This document shows, one piece after another, positions 58,158 through 64,000 of a stretch of 64,000 nt of DNA. The position numbers and the translations under genes are program-made. Position 1 is the first letter of the stretch; the number at the start of each line of letters is the position of its first letter. Source of the DNA: Rhynchopus sp. YZ270_cl-10 (taxonomy: Eukaryota); the NCBI GenBank assembly GCA_964035575.1, contig OZ037838.1, positions 1,178,001-1,242,000 on the forward strand. The letters run 5' to 3'. The notes under the pieces were generated by a model. That model ran no database searches. It had not been told where the DNA came from and was given only the letters and a program-made list of their open reading frames with translations.

Positions 58158-59270
58158 ATGATGGATGTGACCTTTGTGCTGGAAGAGTCAGGCGTGACTG
58201 CGACAGTGGAGGTGCCGTGCGAGGCGGACGTTGCAGCGGCAAAGGAGGTTGCGTGCACGGCGCTTGCTGTCTCGCCTGCGTCTGTCGAGATGCGCATCGG
58301 CACGCAGGTGCTGGAGGGGACGTGCCGTCTGCAGGATACTGCGTTTGATGCAGGGGTGCAGATCGTGCTTGCCTGTCCTCGCTTTGCCGACATCAAGTGT
58401 CCTGCTGAGTACAGTGTAAAGGTTCCAACAGGAACGCAGGATATGAAAATAAATAGTATATCACTGTCTCCTTGTGGAGCACTCTGCCTCTTTACACATA
58501 AGGCAGGCTATGTCACCGGCCTCGAGACAGAAACCTTCAGCCCTGCCTTCAAGTTCAAAGTAGACATTGTGGTGTGCGGTGTGCCTGCCATCTCACGGTG
58601 CAAGACACGCTGCTACCTAGCCTGGAGCGAACGTATACACGAGGTTGCGCTTCCGGGTGGGGAGGTGCTCCGCAAAGTCGACGACCCCTCGTACGCAGTA
58701 TACGCGCGTGGCGGTGTTGTTGTCTCCCGTAGCCCAGGAGGTGTCTCTGTGTATGACGAAGACCTGACGTTGCTCCGCTCTATTTCACACGAAAGGTGCA
58801 GTGAGGCAGTGGTGTCGAACTGTGGTGAGTGGGTGATCACCTCCTCACTCAGTGAGAGCAACGCACGTCTGTGGGATGTGAACACAGGTGAAGCTGTGGC
58901 ATGCGTGCCTACGGATGGGAGGTACGTCGCGCTTTCGCGGTCTGCCTCTGTCTTTGCTGCGGTGCACTCTCACGAAGTGCAGCTCTATGACTGGAGTGGT
59001 GCGGCTCTTGACAGCTTTGATAAACCGGGGTATCTCTTTGTCTGTTCCATGCAGTTCACTCAGTGTGGGAAGTACCTTTTACTTGAGTTGGTCGCTGATT
59101 ATGCCGAAAAATATTGGCTACAACAGTATGATGTTTCGACTATGTCCTGTGTGCGTGAATTCTCAGACTTCGCTGTGTTTTCATTCACGATATCGCCGTG
59201 TTCACGCGTGGTACTTTTTGCGAAGCCGGGACGAGACACCATTGTGACGAGACATCTGTACCCCTACTGA
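58158..59270 (+). CDS. Ubl-WD40 propeller family, copy 13
   Basis: Intact ORF, duplicate of copy 11. Confidence 0.85.
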   Translation: MMDVTFVLEESGVTATVEVPCEADVAAAKEVACTALAVSPASVEMRIGTQVLEGTCRLQDTAFDAGVQIVLACPRFADIKCPAEYSVKVPTGTQDMKINSISLSPCGALCLFTHKAGYVTGLETETFSPAFKFKVDIVVCGVPAISRCKTRCYLAWSERIHEVALPGGEVLRKVDDPSYAVYARGGVVVSRSPGGVSVYDEDLTLLRSISHERCSEAVVSNCGEWVITSSLSESNARLWDVNTGEAVACVPTDGRYVALSRSASVFAAVHSHEVQLYDWSGAALDSFDKPGYLFVCSMQFTQCGKYLLLELVADYAEKYWLQQYDVSTMSCVREFSDFAVFSFTISPCSRVVLFAKPGRDTIVTRHLYPY

Positions 59271-60292
59271 GTTGTGCAGCTTTCTCGCAGGCAGTCCACC
59301 CCCAGAACGCACCTCCTCGCTGTCGCCGTATCAGTGTTCGTTTTCGCTGTCCCCCTGAATGCGTATCCTTCTTCAGCGTGAAGACATCTGCCCCTCCGCA
59401 TTACCGCACACCACTCCGCTACTCCGAGCCAACGACTGCAAGGTGATGGTTCCTGCGGGCATTATAAAAAGAAGTATAAACATGCCAACCTAACTTTGGT
59501 GTTACACTCCACCCCCTTCCCAACACAGCTAACTGATTATTTTTAATCCCACCACCGACCCCCATTTTACCCAAAACACATCCCTCCACAGGGAAACCCG
59601 AGCAAAAATAAATCAGAACAAAACCCCCCGCACACATCGGGAGGGGCGGAGGATCCAGGGTGATTTCAGTGAGGGGGGGATTCCCCCTCTTGCCTTTCAC
59701 CCCCATCCTCCACTGTTTTTTTCCCTCACCCCTTTATTTCTTCTTCTCCCACACAATGCGGACTGCGAGGCTCCCTGCAGAGAAATCCCGGAGTGCTATA
59801 GAGAGTTCGGAGGTGCCGCTGTTTAGCTCTTTTAATACGAGTTTTCAGTTTTTGGGTGCGGATCCTGTATTATATAGAAGGCAAAGCTTCGTACAGGGAC
59901 CCTACACCACAGGATTCGTGTCCCTGTGTTTGCAATGATCCCCGTTCATCTGGCTGATGAGTGGAAGCGGGAGCAGCACATATCAGATGTAAACCACGAA
60001 ATGGATGTAGCACTGCATGGTTGGGTGTCCACCCCCGGTACATCGGTCATTATGTACAGCCGGTCATGTACAAGGTACACTGTCACGAGAGTGCTTTTGT
60101 ATTTCAGCCCTATTTTGATTTGGGGCCACATACGAGGTGCTTCCGTCTGTTCACGCTGTTCTCCTTCATGGTTACCGTCCTCTGCAGTCTTTTGTGTCTA
60201 TGATTAGAGCCAGCCAGACTTTCACAGAGTGTACATGCAATACAAACAACCCACACCTCCCAACAGAGGTGGAACAAGAAAAAGACAAAACA

Positions 60293-61402
60293 ATGGATGT
60301 GACCTTTGTGCTGGAAGAGTCAGGCGTGACTGCGACAGTGGAGGTGCCGTGCGAGGCGGACGTTGCAGCGGCAAAGGAGGTTGCGTGCACGGCGCTTGCT
60401 GTCTCGCCTGCGTCTGTCGAGATGCGCATCGGCACACAGGTGCTGGAGGGGACGTGCCGTCTGCAGGACACTGCGTTTGATGCAGGGGTGCAGGTTGTGC
60501 TTGCCCGCCGCTTTGCCGACATCAAGTGTCCTGCTGAGTACAATGCGCAAGAGGGGGCAGGATTGTTGCTGTCGCGTTGTGGAACGCTCTGTGTTTTTTC
60601 ACAGCCCACTGGAGAGTACGTAGGCTTTGACACAGAAACCTTCGACACAGTCTTCTCGTTCAAAGTAGACGATGCTACGAAAGGCATCCTCCCTACCATC
60701 TCGCAGTGCAAGACACGCTGCTACCTGGTTTGTGGGGGTCACTTAACAGATTGCCTTCTCGAGGTTGCGCTTCCGGGTGGGGAGGTGCTCCGCAAAGTCG
60801 ACGGCTCCTCGCACTCAGTGTTCGCGTGTGGCAGTGTGGTTGTCTCAAAGGGAAAATACGGCGTCTCTGTGTATGACGAAGACCTGACGTTGCTCCGCTC
60901 TCTCTCGCATGAAGGGTGCAGGAACATGGCAGCGTCGGACTGTGGTGGGTGGGTGATCACCTCCTCCCACAAGGAGAAGAACGCACGTCTGTGGGATGTG
61001 AACACAGGTGAAGCTGTTACATGTGTGCCTATGGATGGATGGTGTGTGGGTCTTTCCCGGTCTGCCTCTGTCTTTGCCGTCGTGGACAATGTGGACGAAG
61101 TACAGAGAGTGCAGCTCTACGACTGGAGTGGTGCGGCTCTTCAGAACGCCACTATCTCTGGACGTGTCTTTGGCGTGCAATTCACCCAGTGTGGGAAGTA
61201 CCTTGTAGTTCATGCACACAAACCTCACCTACGTCACTCAGAGCTGCAACAGTATGACGTGGCGACTATGTCCTGTGTGCGTGTGATTCCAGGCGTCACA
61301 GGTCCGTCATTTGCGATATCACCGTGTTCGCGTGTGGTTGTGTTTCTATTATCCATAAATGTCAGCGTTGTGACACGGCATCTGTACCCCCACAACGAGT
61401 GA
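60293..61402 (+). CDS. Ubl-WD40 propeller family, copy 14
   Basis: Intact ORF, duplicate of copy 12. Confidence 0.85.
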   Translation: MDVTFVLEESGVTATVEVPCEADVAAAKEVACTALAVSPASVEMRIGTQVLEGTCRLQDTAFDAGVQVVLARRFADIKCPAEYNAQEGAGLLLSRCGTLCVFSQPTGEYVGFDTETFDTVFSFKVDDATKGILPTISQCKTRCYLVCGGHLTDCLLEVALPGGEVLRKVDGSSHSVFACGSVVVSKGKYGVSVYDEDLTLLRSLSHEGCRNMAASDCGGWVITSSHKEKNARLWDVNTGEAVTCVPMDGWCVGLSRSASVFAVVDNVDEVQRVQLYDWSGAALQNATISGRVFGVQFTQCGKYLVVHAHKPHLRHSELQQYDVATMSCVRVIPGVTGPSFAISPCSRVVVFLLSINVSVVTRHLYPHNE

Positions 61403-61820
61403 TGTTCATGCTTTGGCACCATGTGAAATGGGTGTGGTGACTTGCCCCCTTGTATTCCGTGGAGGCGGAAGAACTGGTGTCGTCAACAGAAGCCTGCGTC
61501 TTGCCACCACACACCTATCCAGTGATGGCAGATCTGCATCCACGAGCAAGACACCGCAGACCACCTTGTCGCAGCCGAACACCACATCGCCTCCCGCCAG
61601 GCCGCCCTCGTCGCCCTCCACACAGAGATGTGCGCCATGGTGTGACCTTCATGTGCTCACTGCGGCTCATTTTTGTCCTGTACCCCAGAACTTCTACCCC
61701 AACCCAAAACAACGACCCCCATCCCTCGTCCCCTCTTTCCACGTGTCCACCCTCTCAGCTCCTTCAACTGTCCACAAACAGAACATTACATTGTATCACA
61801 CCAACACAGCTCTTGAAACA

Positions 61821-62960
61821 ATGATGGATGTGACCTTTGTGCTGGAAGAGTCAGGCGTGACTGCGACAGTGGAGGTGCCGTGCGAGGCGGACGTTGCAGC
61901 GGCAAAGGAGGTTGCGTGCACGGCGCTTGCTGTCTCGCCTGCGTCTGTCGAGATGCGCATCGGCACGCAGGTGCTGGAGGGGACGTGCCGTCTGCAGGAC
62001 ACTGCGTTTGATGCAGGGGTGCAGGTTGTGCTTGCCTGTCGCTTTGCCGACATCAAGTGTCCTGCTGAGTACAGTGTGCAGGAGCAAACACACGGCTTGT
62101 CGCTGTCGCGTTGTGGGGAGCTCTGCGTCCATAGTGACTGGGTGGGGCATGTTGGCGGTTTCGACACAGAAACCTTTGGCACTGCCTTCACGTTCAAGGT
62201 GGATGCTCAAGCAATCTTGGCGCCTGCCATCTCACGGTGCAAGACACGCTGCTACCTGGCGTGTGTGGATCACCTTCTCGAGGTTGCGCTTCCGGGTGGG
62301 GAGGTGCTCCACAGAGTCGATGGCCACTCGTACTCAGTGTTCGCATGTGGCAGTGTTGTTGTCGCATCATGTGCAGACGGCGTCTCTGTGTATGACGAAG
62401 ACCTGACGTTGCTCCGCTCTCTCTCGCATAAAGGGTGCGCCCAGGAGTACGGGAACATAGCAGTGTCGGACTGTGGTGGGTGGGTGATCACCTCCTCCGA
62501 TGTCGAGAGCAACGCGCGTCTGTGGGATGTGAACACAGGTGAAGCTGTGGCATGTGTAGACTGTGTGCCTGTGTCAAGGTGCGCTGTCGAGCTTTCACGG
62601 TCTGCCTCTGTCTTTGCTGTGGTGGGCTCTGGCAACGTGCAGCTCTTTGATTGGAGTGGTGCGGCTCTTCGCAGTGTTGATGTGGATGGGGATGTCGAGG
62701 GCATGCAGTTCACCCCGTGTGGGAAATACCTTGTGATCGAGACGGCTGTGCAATGCATAGATGATGAAGATTACGGTTATGTACGCCAGTATGATGTGGC
62801 GACCATGTCCTGTGTGCGTGTGATATCGCAAACTTCTGGTAGGTCCTTTGCGATATCACCGTGTTCACGTGTGGTTGTGTTAGGGTTTGAGGAAGAAAGG
62901 GAAAGCAACACAAGAAGCGGTATTGTAACAAGGCATCTGTACCCACACAACAGTGAGTGA
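61821..62960 (+). CDS. Ubl-WD40 propeller family, copy 15
   Basis: Intact ORF ending IVTRHLYPHNSE*, like copy 6. Confidence 0.85.
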   Translation: MMDVTFVLEESGVTATVEVPCEADVAAAKEVACTALAVSPASVEMRIGTQVLEGTCRLQDTAFDAGVQVVLACRFADIKCPAEYSVQEQTHGLSLSRCGELCVHSDWVGHVGGFDTETFGTAFTFKVDAQAILAPAISRCKTRCYLACVDHLLEVALPGGEVLHRVDGHSYSVFACGSVVVASCADGVSVYDEDLTLLRSLSHKGCAQEYGNIAVSDCGGWVITSSDVESNARLWDVNTGEAVACVDCVPVSRCAVELSRSASVFAVVGSGNVQLFDWSGAALRSVDVDGDVEGMQFTPCGKYLVIETAVQCIDDEDYGYVRQYDVATMSCVRVISQTSGRSFAISPCSRVVVLGFEEERESNTRSGIVTRHLYPHNSE

Positions 62961-63277
62961 TGTTTCGCGAGGGGTGGGAGGCAAGGGTGTAAATAAGGTC
63001 CGAGAGTGGGGAGCCGGGAGTCGGTTATTTACAGTTGCTAAGAAGGGGATGTATGCACTGTGCACTGTGCTCGAACAGGATTTTTTTGGATCTCCTTGTT
63101 TCCATGATGCGGTAACCTTTGGAAATGGCCAGTTATTCGGCCACAGGGGGGAAGGAGGAGACAATGAGGAATGAGGTGCGGACTGAAACATGAAAGGGTC
63201 GCGGGAGGGGCAAATGATAACATATACTAAAGGAGATGCTGATGCGCACCTGAGGGAGGAACGATTGGGGGTGTCAG

Positions 63278-63372
<95 letters not shown>

Positions 63373-63375
63373 TCG
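63278..63375 (+). repeat. (GGGGTC)n microsatellite, about 16 units
   Basis: Direct reading of the sequence. Confidence 0.95.
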
Positions 63376-64000
63376 GCTTATTTACACCCTTGGTGGGAGG
63401 GTGGTGACTGTAATTCTAACAGAAGGGGACAGTGCAAGTGTCTGCAGAGTGTTTACTACCAACTGCAGAGGCCACACCGTGAATCTAGCTCAAGCGGACG
63501 GCTTACTCACACATGACACACAAAGACTTCGTTGTTGTTGTGTATTTTTTCATTTCGTTTCTTGTTTACTCTTTATTTGTGAAGATGTACGTGCACGAGA
63601 GTCATATTCATGTTTCGTGTTTTCTTTGTACCAAAAAGAAAACCGACGCAGGAGCTTTTCTTGGAACTGTTTTATCCTCACCCCAACAACAACATCACAT
63701 TCAGAAAAACATTGTTTTTTCGTTTTTATGCAACCGACGCATGACGTCGATCAGAGGAGGGTGAGACGCGTTTCTCCGCCTTTCTCGAAGTACGCTGTAA
63801 TCCGGGATAACCCCCTGCACATAGGAGCTGGTACAGTACAACAAAGGGCAACGTATAGGAGCTAGGCTTCCTACGTTGAATAAGGGTCGTGCGCACTGCC
63901 GTGCGCACGCGTGCGCCGCAAATTTTCAAAAAGTGCTCACGGCGTACGTGCGGCGTACGCGTACGTACGGCCGTGCGCGTGCAGCATAGCCCTAGTAGGA

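Larger units (their letters stand above)
54476..61999 (+). repeat. Tandem segmental duplication with a 3663-bp period (two genes per unit)
   Basis: 54476-58336 matches 58139-61999. The ORF track repeats at offset 3663. Confidence 0.9.

Noticed and set aside
643..62960. Diversity-generating retroelement or CRISPR-like mechanism behind the repeated constant/variable pattern
   Set aside because: No reverse transcriptase, template repeat or cas gene is visible. The variation includes indels, is not obviously adenine-restricted, and the constant blocks are in-frame protein framework.
63190..63516. RG-repeat protein, or a telomere
   Set aside because: The ORF is just the microsatellite translated. 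The repeat is internal, short and not TTAGGG.

Overview
Eukaryotic genomic DNA from a protist. It is probably a euglenozoan such as a diplonemid, inferred from all supported genes lying on the + strand, sparse GT-AG introns and C/A-rich acceptor-like tracts before start codons. The window is dominated by 15 copies of an intronless gene family encoding an N-terminal ubiquitin-like (Ubl) domain fused to a 7-bladed WD40-like beta-propeller. They form two arrays (0.6-13.8 kb, 51.3-63.0 kb) plus one orphan at 37.3 kb. The Ubl cassette and much of the intergenic spacer are almost identical between copies at the DNA level. The propeller is hypervariable in two loops per blade and looks shuffled blade by blade between paralogs. 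A Ubl-LRR gene sits inside the first array. Together this looks like a diversifying repertoire of 'constant Ubl + variable binding surface' adaptors. Between the arrays are single-copy genes: a zf-C6H2/BIR/SUMO-like protein, a dual-specificity phosphatase with an acylation motif, a small membrane protein, a coiled-coil protein and an EF-hand/PDZ/PIP-kinase-like probable pseudokinase. A ~10 kb tract of nested non-autonomous DNA transposons also lies there. Domain names come from motif recognition by eye, not from database searches.
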